Both the position numbers and the translations under genes were made by a program. Positions 32,332-42,069 of a stretch of 64,000 nt of DNA are shown in pieces. How positions within the stretch are numbered: the stretch's first letter is position 1; every line of letters starts with the position of its first letter. Below the pieces are notes generated by a model. It ran no database searches. It was not told the origin of the DNA and saw only the letters and a program-made list of their open reading frames with translations. The stretch comes from an uncultured Gemmatimonadaceae bacterium (GTDB lineage Bacteria; Gemmatimonadota; Gemmatimonadetes; Gemmatimonadales; Gemmatimonadaceae): positions 96,001-160,000 of the forward strand of contig CAWBOC010000001.1 in NCBI GenBank assembly GCA_963790305.1. Direction: 5' to 3'.

Positions 32332-35300
32332 TCAACCAGTAAACAGCTCTCTCTCTCGCACAAAATCTGCCAACTCACCGCGGGAACCCACGCCAAGCTT
32401 CGTAAACACGTTGGTCAAATGCGTGCTCACCGTGCGCGGTGAGATGTTGAGCGCTCGTCCGATCTCCTTGTTCGACTTGCGAGCGGTGACCAGGCGCACG
32501 ATTTCGAGCTCGCGCGCGGTGAGTCCCTCGGTCCCGGCCAGCGCCGCGCGTGCCGGAGGCCGCGCACCGAGATCGCGGAGCTGCTGGCGCGCCAGCGCGA
32601 GCTCGCGGTCGGCGCCAAGCCTAACGAACACATCGTGCACGCGTCGGAGCTCGCGCGTGGCCCCCTCGCGATCGCCCGACTCGGCCAGCACGCGCGCCAG
32701 CTGCCGTCGCACCCGCGCGGCATCGGCGACCACCGGCACCGCCTCGAGCGCGGCCGCCGCGTTCCCGAGAAGCACGATGGCGCGATCCGTTTCGCCGCGC
32801 AGCATTGCGACCAGTGCCTCGCACGCGTCGGCCCACGCCAGACCCGCGCGTTGACCGAGTCGTTCAGAATCACGCCGCAGCCGCTGACCGATCTTCTCCG
32901 CGCGCCGCAGATCACGCGCCTCGAGGGCGGACTCGGCGAGAATGGGCAACAGTCGATGCACCGCCCACACCACCGCGCCCGCCTTATCGGCGACGGCGAG
33001 CCCTGCCTCGCCAACGCGGATCGCCTCGCCGAAATTGCCGGTGAAGAGATGGTACGCCGCGAGGCCGATGTGGGCCGGCACGACCGAGTGGACGTCGCTC
33101 GGACGCTCCGCGCCGCGTGATGCGCCCGACAGCTCCCATGCCTCGTCGATATATGCCTTCGCCCGCTCCATCTCGCCGCGACCGAGGTGCATGATCGCGC
33201 TCCACACCAGGAGGCGCGGGAAGGGCGCACGAAGGCCGACACTACGTCCAAGGGCGATGGTGCGCTCCGCGAGCGCGAGGCCCGTCTCCCATTCCCCCGT
33301 CGCCGACGCGAGCTCGATGGCGATCTCCGCCGTCCACGCGCGGAACACTGGGGAGTCGAGCTCCTCGGCAAGCCGTTCCGCTTCCGCGAGATGGCGCGCG
33401 CACGCCTCCGACGCTCCGGTGAGGCCTTCGAGAGTCGCCAGCGCCCACTGCGCGAGCCATTCCAGGACGCGTTGTCCCGACGCGGCAGCCAGCTCACGCG
33501 CGCTCTCGGCATGCTTGTACGCGAGCTCGGTACGACCCGTCCAGAGATAAAAGAGGAGCTGCGTGCGATGCGCGCGCGCGAGCAGCGACGCGTCGCCTAA
33601 CCGCTCGGCGATTGCAATCGCTTCCGCCATCTCGCGCTCGGCATCCGCGGCGCGCCCCAGCTCCTGGAGGCACATTCCCTTGGCGAGACGTACCCGCGCC
33701 GTCACACTCTCGGCTCCCGCCGACGTCGCGGCGTTCAGCGCGGCGTCATAGCGCTCGAGCGCCTCGTCGTGGCGTCCGCGCCAGAAGGAGGCGAGCCCGA
33801 GGCGGCGCTCGATGTCCGCCAGGCGCGCGAGGTCGTTCGAGCGTTGCGCGTGATCACGCGCCCGCTCCCAAAGCGCCACCGCCGCGTCGTACTCTCCGAG
33901 ACGCTGTCGCGCGCGCGCGAGACCCTCGATAATCGCCATCTCCGCCGCGCCGTCGACAGCGCCATTTCGCGTGAGCTCGAGCGCAGCGGTGAGGTAGCTG
34001 GCCGCCTCACGATTGGCGTGCTTCGCCAGCGCCTTGCGACCGGCAAGAGAGAGATAGCGCGTCGCCTTGGGCGCGACGTCGCGCGCATCGGCGCGGGCGA
34101 AATGGTAGGCGAGCTCATCGGCGTGCTCGTCGCCGGCGCTGCCGTAATGACGCTCGAGCGCGTCGGCGACGGTCGCGTGCAGCAGGCGCGCGCGGGCGAG
34201 CCCCATCTCCTGGTAGATCACGTCGCGGAGAATGGGGTGGGAGAAGTCGTAGACGATCTGATCGTTCTCCCGCCGCTCATCGAGGATGTGCTGCGCACGA
34301 AGCTCATCGATTGCCTCGACGAGGCCCGCGCGTGGCATTCCGACCACCGCGTCGAGCGCGTCGTAGGGGGCGCGCGTCCCGATCACCGCCGCCATCGCGG
34401 CGACGCGTTGTGCGTTCGCGGAGAGCCGCTCGAGCCGCGTCACGACCGCTTCGCGTATCGTTCGTGGGAGATCGAGGTCGGCGATTTCCCATCCATGCCA
34501 GCTTCCATCGCGCTCGTAGAGACGGCCGGATCCTACGAGCGCCTTGAGCGTCTCTTCGACGAAGAAGGGGTTGCCGCGCGTCCACCCGTAGAGCAACGCG
34601 GCGAATTCGCGTGCGACTGCATCCGCCACGCCGAAGACCGCGTGCACGAGCTCGTCGGTGGCCGCGCGCGAGAGCGGGCCGAGGTGATGCTCGCGGGCGG
34701 CTCCAAGACCTACCAGCGACTGCCGAAGCGAGATGAGCGACGCTGATCGCTCCGGGGCTGACAAGTTGTACGTTCCGACGACCAGCACGCGCGACGTGCC
34801 GAGCTGGCGAGCGGTGAAGTGCAGCATCTCGAGCGAGGACTCATCCGCCCAGTGCAGATTCTCGAGGATGAGCAACAGCGGACGCTTCTGCGCGAGCCGC
34901 GACAGGAGCTGGGCGAAGTTCCAGAGCAGACGTGTCTTGACCTCGCTCCCCTGATCGCTCGCACCTCGAATCGGCGCCTCGCCGGTGGCGAGCAACGGAA
35001 AGAGATGTGAGAGCTCCGAAACGGCGCCTCGCGTCAACACCGAGAGGGCTGCGGGGTCGAGCGTGCGTAGCAGAGGAAGCAGCGCGTCTGTAAAGAGGGC
35101 ATAGGGAACGCCGACCTCCACGGGATAGGCGCGACCGATCGCGACGAGCCAGCCCCGCTTGGTGGCACGCTCGGCGGTCGCGAGGGCGAGTCGCGTCTTG
35201 CCCTGCCCGCCGTCTCCCTCGAGGAGCAGCGTCGTCCCCCGCCCCTTCTCGGCCGCGTCGAGGAGGCTGGCGAGCATGGACAGCTCGGTCGAGCGCCCGA

Positions 35301-35382
35301 CGAGGGGGAGCGAAGGGAGTGCGCTCCCCGCTCCAGTTGGGGGTCTCAAGTGCGAATGGGGCGAGCCGGTGGTCGGGTCCAT
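32332..35382 (-). CDS. LAL-type transcriptional regulator (AAA ATPase + TPR + LuxR HTH)
   Basis: LVGRSTEL, Walker A GDGGQGKT, LENLHWADESS, TRGNPFF; C-terminal LTARELEIVRLV...NKEIGRALNISPRTVSTHL. Confidence 0.92.
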   Translation of the reverse strand: MDPTTGSPHSHLRPPTGAGSALPSLPLVGRSTELSMLASLLDAAEKGRGTTLLLEGDGGQGKTRLALATAERATKRGWLVAIGRAYPVEVGVPYALFTDALLPLLRTLDPAALSVLTRGAVSELSHLFPLLATGEAPIRGASDQGSEVKTRLLWNFAQLLSRLAQKRPLLLILENLHWADESSLEMLHFTARQLGTSRVLVVGTYNLSAPERSASLISLRQSLVGLGAAREHHLGPLSRAATDELVHAVFGVADAVAREFAALLYGWTRGNPFFVEETLKALVGSGRLYERDGSWHGWEIADLDLPRTIREAVVTRLERLSANAQRVAAMAAVIGTRAPYDALDAVVGMPRAGLVEAIDELRAQHILDERRENDQIVYDFSHPILRDVIYQEMGLARARLLHATVADALERHYGSAGDEHADELAYHFARADARDVAPKATRYLSLAGRKALAKHANREAASYLTAALELTRNGAVDGAAEMAIIEGLARARQRLGEYDAAVALWERARDHAQRSNDLARLADIERRLGLASFWRGRHDEALERYDAALNAATSAGAESVTARVRLAKGMCLQELGRAADAEREMAEAIAIAERLGDASLLARAHRTQLLFYLWTGRTELAYKHAESARELAAASGQRVLEWLAQWALATLEGLTGASEACARHLAEAERLAEELDSPVFRAWTAEIAIELASATGEWETGLALAERTIALGRSVGLRAPFPRLLVWSAIMHLGRGEMERAKAYIDEAWELSGASRGAERPSDVHSVVPAHIGLAAYHLFTGNFGEAIRVGEAGLAVADKAGAVVWAVHRLLPILAESALEARDLRRAEKIGQRLRRDSERLGQRAGLAWADACEALVAMLRGETDRAIVLLGNAAAALEAVPVVADAARVRRQLARVLAESGDREGATRELRRVHDVFVRLGADRELALARQQLRDLGARPPARAALAGTEGLTARELEIVRLVTARKSNKEIGRALNISPRTVSTHLTNVFTKLGVGSRGELADFVRERELFTG

Positions 35383-35513
35383 CGTCGGATTCCCGAGAGG
35401 TGGGCGTGACGATCATAGCCGGCCCACGCCCTAGCCGCCAGACGTTTCGAGGAAGCGCTGCGCCGGGAGTGCCATCGCGGCGATGTACTCCCGGCACCAC
35501 GTGTCCCCGCTGC

Positions 35514-36171
35514 CTAACGCGCCTCCGGCGCCGTGCGCACGCTGACCGTGGGTGACGTCGACGGCGGGTCGCTGGCCGGGAACGACGCCTCGCCCATCTC
35601 GTCCAGCGTCGCCTGCTGAAGGGCGCGGCCGAAGACCTGAAGCGATTTCTCGCTGAAGGCCGGAAGGTCGGGCACGTTCCGGCTCGTCACGAGCTGCTGA
35701 TCGACCTGCACCATCTGATCGACCCAGGTGCCGCCGGCATTCTTGATGTCCGTGCGCAAGCTGGGGTACGAGGTGACCGTCCGTCCGCGGAGCACGTCCG
35801 CCTCGACGAGGAGCCACAGCGCGTGACAGATGGCTGCCACTGGCTTGTCGGCGAAGAAGAAGTCCCGAACGAAGCGCACGGCGCCCTCGTTCATCCGGAG
35901 CTTGTCGGGGTTGGCGACTCCGCCCGGGAGAACCAGACCGACGTAGTCACTCGACGACGCATTCTCGACAAGCCGGTCGACGCGGAAGGTCTTCCCCTTG
36001 TCCATGCCGTTCATCGATTGAATTTCCCCTTCCTTGATGGAGAGGAGATGCACCTCGGCCCCCGCACGCTCGAACGCCTCGCGCGGTTGCGGTCAGCTCC
36101 GCTTCGTTGACGCCGTCGGTGGCGAGGAAGGCAACTTTTTTTCCCTGGAGAGATCCCTGCATGGCGTCCAT
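35514..36171 (-). CDS. PfpI/DJ-1 family (type 1 glutamine amidotransferase-like) protein (frameshift near 36090)
   Basis: KKVAFLATDGVNEAEL, LVLPGGVANPDKLR, KPVAAICHA, LVTSR. Confidence 0.9.
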
Positions 36172-36268
36172 CCTGTCGGCTTGGAGAGGCAGCCTATTGG
36201 TTCACGTTTTGGGCCAGTGGCGACGGCAGCATCACTACTAGCACTCCAGGTTCACCCACAGCGAACCG

Positions 36269-37421
36269 TCACTCCCGGGGAGGCGAAATCCCATACTTCG
36301 CGAGCACTCGCCTCACCTCGTCCAGCGAAATTGCCTCGACCTTCGCCCCATTCCCTTCAACCGTCGTCGCCGTAAAGAGCGAGTTGTAGATGGCTTCCTC
36401 GGTCGCCTCGATCACCGCCTGAAAGAGCGCCGACGCCTGTTCATTCGCGAGCTCGGTCGTCGCGAGACGCTCGGCGTCCCACGCCCGGCGGACGGCGCGC
36501 GACGTAGAAAATGCGATTGCGTAGTCGCCGGATCCGCTCGAGGCCGAGCGCGCCCGTGCGACCGAGCCCCATCATCGTCCGGGCGGCGAGACGCCGAAGG
36601 TTCCTATCCGAGAGCGGCGCGTCAGTGGCAACCACGATCATGATCGAGCCATCGCCGCGCTCCACGGCGTCCTTGAACGCATACCGCCCCAACTCTCGGC
36701 CCACCGGAGCGCCCAGCACCTGAAGAACGCCGCCGAAGTTCGATTGTACCAGCACACCCACCGTCCAGCCACCCAGCGATGTCGGGAGCACACGGGACGA
36801 CGTCCCGACGCCGCCTTTCCATCCAAAGGCGATGGTTCCGGTTCCCGCGCCGACGCTGCCCTCCGCCACCGGCCCGGTTCGCGCGCTCTCGAGGGCGCGA
36901 CGAACCGCCGCGACGTCGACGGGCCGCGCTCGGATCGCATTCAGCCGCCCATCGTTCGTTTCGCCGACGACCGGGTTGATCGATCGCACGCGCTCCATAC
37001 CCGGGCGCGCCAGCATCCACTCGACGAGGCCGTCAGCGGCGCGCCATACGCATAACGTGCAGGTCAACAGAATTGGAGTCTCGAGCTCTCCGAGCTCCTC
37101 GACTTGCGTCACGCCGAGCAGCTTGCCGAATCCGTTGCCGACGTAGATCGCGGCGGGTACGCGCTCGAGAAACGCGTTGCCCTCGTGCGGGAGAATCGCG
37201 GTGACGCCGGTTCGCACCGAATCGCCGACGATCAGAGTTGCATGGCCGACGCGAACTCCCGCAACGTCGGTAATGGCGTTCGCGGGACCGGCAGGAAAGA
37301 TGCCGGGCGCGATGCCCAACGCTCTCGCGCGTGCGCGTCCCTGAGCTACCGTCGCTTCCTGCGCGGCCAAGGTGTTAACCGCCAGCAATACCGCGAGAAT
37401 GCCTGTCGTGAAAGCGCGCAT
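36269..37421 (-). CDS. DmpA/P1 (S58) family aminopeptidase (frameshifts near the 3' end)
   Basis: NAITDVAGVRVGH, PVVGETND, GSVGAGTG, KGGVGTSSR, VQSNFG, GSIMIVVATDAPL, EATEEAIYNSL. Confidence 0.9.
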
Positions 37422-37653
37422 ACACCGTCCCATTGCATAGGAACATGAAGCATTTCAACTCCGAGTACAGAAGCGCAGCGCCGCCGTCTTGTCACTTTCC
37501 CTACATCCGCGAAACGCTTACCCTAACCACGACTCGACCGTACTTCTGTTGACAAGTTGTTCCCCCCCGTCGCATATAAGCCACACTATCACCCGCATCT
37601 ATCCCCGCGTCGCCCTAGTCGTCGCGGGCCCCCACCCTTTCGCGGGAGGTCCT

Positions 37654-40587
37654 GTGCGAAAACCTGCTTTGTGGGCCGTTGCGACAGCGCTCTTCATCCT
37701 GCTTCCATCTGTAGCTGACGCGCAACGCCGGATTACCGGCCGCGTGACGGCCGAAGGCGGTGAGCCATTGCTGGGCGCCAGCGTGCAAGTGGTGGGGACA
37801 CCACTCGGTGCGCATACGAACGAGCGCGGCGAGTTCGCGCTCAATGCGCCCGCGGGCGCGCTCTCACTACGATTCCGGCGGCTCGGCTACAAGGGCAACG
37901 TCGTCCCGGTGGCGCCCGACCGCAACGAGGTGAACGTCACACTCGAGCGTGACGTGCTTCAGCTCGAGGAGCAAGTGATCACCGGTGAAGCCACCTCGGT
38001 GGCACGCCAGAATCTGGCCAACGATGTGGCCACCGTCAGCGTGGAGGACCTGACTCGCGCGCCGGCCCCAACGATCGACAATGCGCTACAGGGGAAGATC
38101 GCCGGCGCAACGATCTCCTCGAACTCCGGCGCGCCCGGCGGCGGAATCCAGGTGCAGCTGCGCGGCGTCACGACGATCAAGGCGTCGATCGACCCGCTGT
38201 ATGTCATCGACGGCGTCGTTATCTCGAACGATGCGATCCCCTCGGGCGCCAACGCCATCACCGCGGCGGCCGCGGGGGGCAACGCATCGCCTCAGGACAA
38301 CGCGGTCAACCGCGTCGCCGACATCAATCCGAACGACATCGAGCGCATCGAGGTGCTGAAGGGCGCCTCCGCCTCAGCCCTCTACGGAGCGAAAGCGGCG
38401 AATGGCGTCATCATCCTCACGACCAAGCGGGGCTCGAGCGGTCGCACACAGTTCAGCGTCCTCCAGCGCGTCGGCGTGTTCGACCTGTCGAACAAGCTCG
38501 GTTCGCGCGACTGGACCCTCTCGGACGCCCTCGACGCATTCGGTGGAACTCCGTCGCGCGACGCGGAGATCACGCGGCAGTTCAACAATGGCAAGATGGA
38601 CATCGAGGAGGAGCTCTACGGAGCGAACGATCTCTCGCACGAGACCATCGTCAGCGCGCGCGGCGGTTCCGGGCAGACGAGCTTCTTCGTCTCCGGTCTG
38701 CTGAAGCGGGACGCCGGCATCCTGAACGGAACCGGGTATACCAAGCGTTCGATGCGCGCGAATCTGACCCAGGGCATTGGGAACCGCATCACCCTCGATG
38801 TCACGACCAACATCATGGGGGCGCTCACACAACGTGCGCTGAGCAACAATGACAACAGCGGCACGAGCTTCTACATGGTGCTGCCGTTCACGCCAAGCTT
38901 CGCCGACCTCAAGCCCGAGAACGGCATCTATCCGGACAACCAGTTCGAGCGCAGCAATCCATTCGAGACGCGCGACAAGCTCACCAACGAGGAGAACGTC
39001 TACCGCTTCATCGGCTCGGCGAACATGCGCTGGTCCGTTCTCGCGAACGAGCGGCAGAGTCTGACCATCAGCGGGATCGGCGGGGCCGATCAGTTCAGTC
39101 AGAAGAACGACATCGTATCGCCGCGCGAGCTTCAGTTCGAGCCGCAAGACGGATTGCCGGGAACGACCGTGCGCGGCAACGCGACGAACGTCAACTCGAA
39201 CTTCGCGCTGACGGCCGTGCACCAGTTCTTCCCGTCGTCGCGCGCCTTTTCGACCACGACGTCGGCCGGCGTGCAGCAGAGCCGGGCGTATCAATCGATC
39301 GGCGTAGTCACCGTGCGCGATGTCCTGTCGGGCCAGGGCAACATCGACCGTGGCTCCAGCGCCGACGTCTTCGAGGACCAGAAGCTCACGAAGGACTTTG
39401 CGGTTTTCGGCCAGGAAGAGGTCCTCGCGCTCGACGAGAGACTCCTCCTCACGGTCGGTGGCCGGGCCGAGCGGAACAGCAACAACGGGGATGACGAAAA
39501 GTTCTTCTTTTTCCCGAAGGCGTCCGCGTCGTTCCGTCTCCTCGAGCTCGGCAACCTGCTGAACGAAGTCAAGCTGCGCGCGGCGTGGGGCCAGTCGGGG
39601 AATCAGCCCGTGTACGGCATGAAGTTCACGAGCTACCTGTCCGGCGCGTACGATGCGCGAAATGCGCTGCAAACGAATCTTGTCGCCGGCGACCCGGACA
39701 TTCAGCCGGAGCGCCAGACGGAGCTCGAAGGTGGGTTTGATGCGACACTGTGGGGTGGCCGTTCCTCGCTGACCCTCACGGTATATCAGAAGACCATCGA
39801 CGACCTGATTCTCGAGCGCACGGCGGCGCCGTCGAGCGGATTTCAGACACAGCTCTTCAACGGCGGGCAGCTGCGAAACCGCGGACTCGAGGCGGAGCTG
39901 GCCGTGACGCCGCTCCAACGCGGTAACCTCACGTGGATCTCGCGCGCCATCTTCTCGCGCAATCGCAGCGAGATCACCGAACTGCCCGTGCCCACGTTCC
40001 AGACGGGCGGGTTCGGCACCTCGCTCGGCGCCATGCAAATCGAACAGGGCAAGTCGGCGACGCAGATCGTCGGTAACGACACGGTCGGCGGCGCGCTGGT
40101 CACCGTACAGTTAGGCGATGTCATGCCGGACTTCCAGATGGGCTTCTCGAACGAGCTCACGGTGGGCCCGTTCCGCGCTTTCGGTCTCCTCGATTGGAAA
40201 AAGGGCGGTGACATCATCAACCTCACCGAGCTCCTGTACGACGCGGGCAGCAACAGTGAGGACTATGAGGAGGGCGCCCGTCGCATCACCGACTGGGCCG
40301 TGCGCGGATTGACGCGACCGTTCATTCAGGACGGCTCGTACGTGAAGCTGCGCGAGGTGACGCTGAGCTACACGCTCTCGGAAAACCTCGTGGGCACGCT
40401 GTTCCGAGGGCAGGCACGTGGCGCGAGGATCGAGCTGAGCGGCCGCAACCTGTACACCTGGACTGACTACCGCGGCCTCGATCCCGAAGTCTCGAACTTC
40501 GGCAACCAGGCAATCGCGCGAAACATCGACGTCGCTCCGTATCCGCCGAGTCGCAGCTTCTTCTTCAGCCTCGGCGTGGACTTCTGA
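37654..40587 (+). CDS. SusC/RagA family TonB-dependent outer-membrane transporter
   Basis: Signal peptide, carboxypeptidase-regulatory-like domain, plug PLYVIDGV...DINPNDIERIEVLKGASASALYG..AANGVI.ITTK, C-terminal Phe. Confidence 0.95.
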   Translation: MRKPALWAVATALFILLPSVADAQRRITGRVTAEGGEPLLGASVQVVGTPLGAHTNERGEFALNAPAGALSLRFRRLGYKGNVVPVAPDRNEVNVTLERDVLQLEEQVITGEATSVARQNLANDVATVSVEDLTRAPAPTIDNALQGKIAGATISSNSGAPGGGIQVQLRGVTTIKASIDPLYVIDGVVISNDAIPSGANAITAAAAGGNASPQDNAVNRVADINPNDIERIEVLKGASASALYGAKAANGVIILTTKRGSSGRTQFSVLQRVGVFDLSNKLGSRDWTLSDALDAFGGTPSRDAEITRQFNNGKMDIEEELYGANDLSHETIVSARGGSGQTSFFVSGLLKRDAGILNGTGYTKRSMRANLTQGIGNRITLDVTTNIMGALTQRALSNNDNSGTSFYMVLPFTPSFADLKPENGIYPDNQFERSNPFETRDKLTNEENVYRFIGSANMRWSVLANERQSLTISGIGGADQFSQKNDIVSPRELQFEPQDGLPGTTVRGNATNVNSNFALTAVHQFFPSSRAFSTTTSAGVQQSRAYQSIGVVTVRDVLSGQGNIDRGSSADVFEDQKLTKDFAVFGQEEVLALDERLLLTVGGRAERNSNNGDDEKFFFFPKASASFRLLELGNLLNEVKLRAAWGQSGNQPVYGMKFTSYLSGAYDARNALQTNLVAGDPDIQPERQTELEGGFDATLWGGRSSLTLTVYQKTIDDLILERTAAPSSGFQTQLFNGGQLRNRGLEAELAVTPLQRGNLTWISRAIFSRNRSEITELPVPTFQTGGFGTSLGAMQIEQGKSATQIVGNDTVGGALVTVQLGDVMPDFQMGFSNELTVGPFRAFGLLDWKKGGDIINLTELLYDAGSNSEDYEEGARRITDWAVRGLTRPFIQDGSYVKLREVTLSYTLSENLVGTLFRGQARGARIELSGRNLYTWTDYRGLDPEVSNFGNQAIARNIDVAPYPPSRSFFFSLGVDF

Positions 40588-40589
40588 CC

Positions 40590-41984
40590 ATGAAAATACA
40601 CATTGACCACGCGAACCTCGCGACAGGAGCAAGACGCGTTATGCGCCGTTCCCTGCTCGTGCTGATCGTGGGTGTCTCGGTGACGACCGCGTGTCAGGAC
40701 ACGACCGTCCCGAACCTCAACGATCCTATCATCGACGACTTCATCTCCAACCCGACGCCGGCGCAGGTGCAGGCAATGGCGTACGGACTCCTGTTTGGCT
40801 CGCGCGCCGATATCGGACCGGTCATCCGGGACTCGGAAATCATCGGCCGCGATGCCTACAACCTCGACCCTGCCGACCCACGCTGGGTCGATCAGCTCCT
40901 CGGCCCGAATCTCGACGACGCCGACTTTGGTGCGAACCATTGGCTATTGAGATATCGCAACATCAAGGCGGCGAACATCCTCCTCGAATCCGTCGAGACG
41001 TCGGCCGAATTCAGTGCGCAGGAGAAGGCCGCAACGCGAGGATTCGCGAGAACCATCAAGGGGCTCGACCTGCTCTATCTGGCGGAGACGCGCGGCGCAC
41101 TCGGCATCGCGTCCGATGCCGGCCGTACAGTGGATGACCTCGCGCCCATCATTTGCGCCCCCGCGGCACTGACCCGGATCGCAGCCGTGCTCGACAGCGC
41201 ATATGCCGATCTGCTGGCGGGCGGTTCTGCGTTCCCGTTCGTTGACACGCCGATCGAAGGGCTCGAGTCGTTCAGCACGCCCGCGACCTTCGCGCGCGTC
41301 AATCGTGCCCTGAAGGCGAAGGTGGAGAACTATCGCGGACAGTATGCGTCTGCGCTGACCGCCCTGGGACAGTCGTTCGTCTCGACGACCGAGTCGCTCG
41401 ATCTGGGCGCGTACTTCGCCTTCAGCCTCGGCGCGGGCGACATTCAGAATCCGCTCTATCAGGACACCGCATCGACGAACTTTCGCGTGCACCGCTCGGT
41501 CGTCACGCAGGCCGAGGCAGGCGATCGGCGCCGCGCGGAGAAGGTCGCGACGAGCGAGCTGCGAACCTGGCCCAGCGAGCCAAACGTGGTGTCGGAATAC
41601 GTCTTTACCGTGTACGATGGCCCGACGGCGCCAGTTCCGATCATCCAGAACGAGGAGCTGATCCTGCTGCGCGCGGAGGCACGATGGTTTGGCGGCGACA
41701 AGCTGGGAGCCGTCGGTGACATCAACTTCATCCGCCAGACCGCCGGCGGGCTCGGACCAAGCACGGTAACGATCGCGAGCACCAATGCGCAATTCGTGGA
41801 CGAGCTGCTGCGACAAAAGCGCTACTCGCTGCTGTGGGAGAGCACCTCGCACTGGGTCGATGCACGGCGCTTCAGCCGGTTGGGGACCCTTCCGCGTGAT
41901 GGTGCCGCGCACGTCGTGCATGCAGCCTTCCCGATTCCAGAGGACGAGGCACTGGCGCGTGGCGGGACCGCGACCTGTCAATAG
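40590..41984 (+). CDS. SusD/RagB family outer-membrane lipoprotein
   Basis: Lipobox TTAC; EELILLRAEA, ELLRQKRYSLLWE..HWVDARR; directly after the SusC-like gene. Confidence 0.92.
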   Translation: MKIHIDHANLATGARRVMRRSLLVLIVGVSVTTACQDTTVPNLNDPIIDDFISNPTPAQVQAMAYGLLFGSRADIGPVIRDSEIIGRDAYNLDPADPRWVDQLLGPNLDDADFGANHWLLRYRNIKAANILLESVETSAEFSAQEKAATRGFARTIKGLDLLYLAETRGALGIASDAGRTVDDLAPIICAPAALTRIAAVLDSAYADLLAGGSAFPFVDTPIEGLESFSTPATFARVNRALKAKVENYRGQYASALTALGQSFVSTTESLDLGAYFAFSLGAGDIQNPLYQDTASTNFRVHRSVVTQAEAGDRRRAEKVATSELRTWPSEPNVVSEYVFTVYDGPTAPVPIIQNEELILLRAEARWFGGDKLGAVGDINFIRQTAGGLGPSTVTIASTNAQFVDELLRQKRYSLLWESTSHWVDARRFSRLGTLPRDGAAHVVHAAFPIPEDEALARGGTATCQ

Positions 41985-42011
41985 CGCAGGCGACCGCCGT
42001 TAGGCTGGCAG

Positions 42012-42047
42012 AAGCCTCCGGGATTCAGTAAATCCCGGGGGCTTTTT
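42012..42047 (+). terminator. Rho-independent terminator after the susCD-like pair
   Basis: aagcctccggga-loop-tcccgggggc followed by ttttt. Confidence 0.75.
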
Positions 42048-42069
42048 CCGGCCCCTCACTCGTGCACCG

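Noticed and set aside
37549..37580. Sigma70 promoter for the susC-like gene
   Set aside because: TTGACA is present, but there is no convincing -10 hexamer at 16-18 nt spacing.
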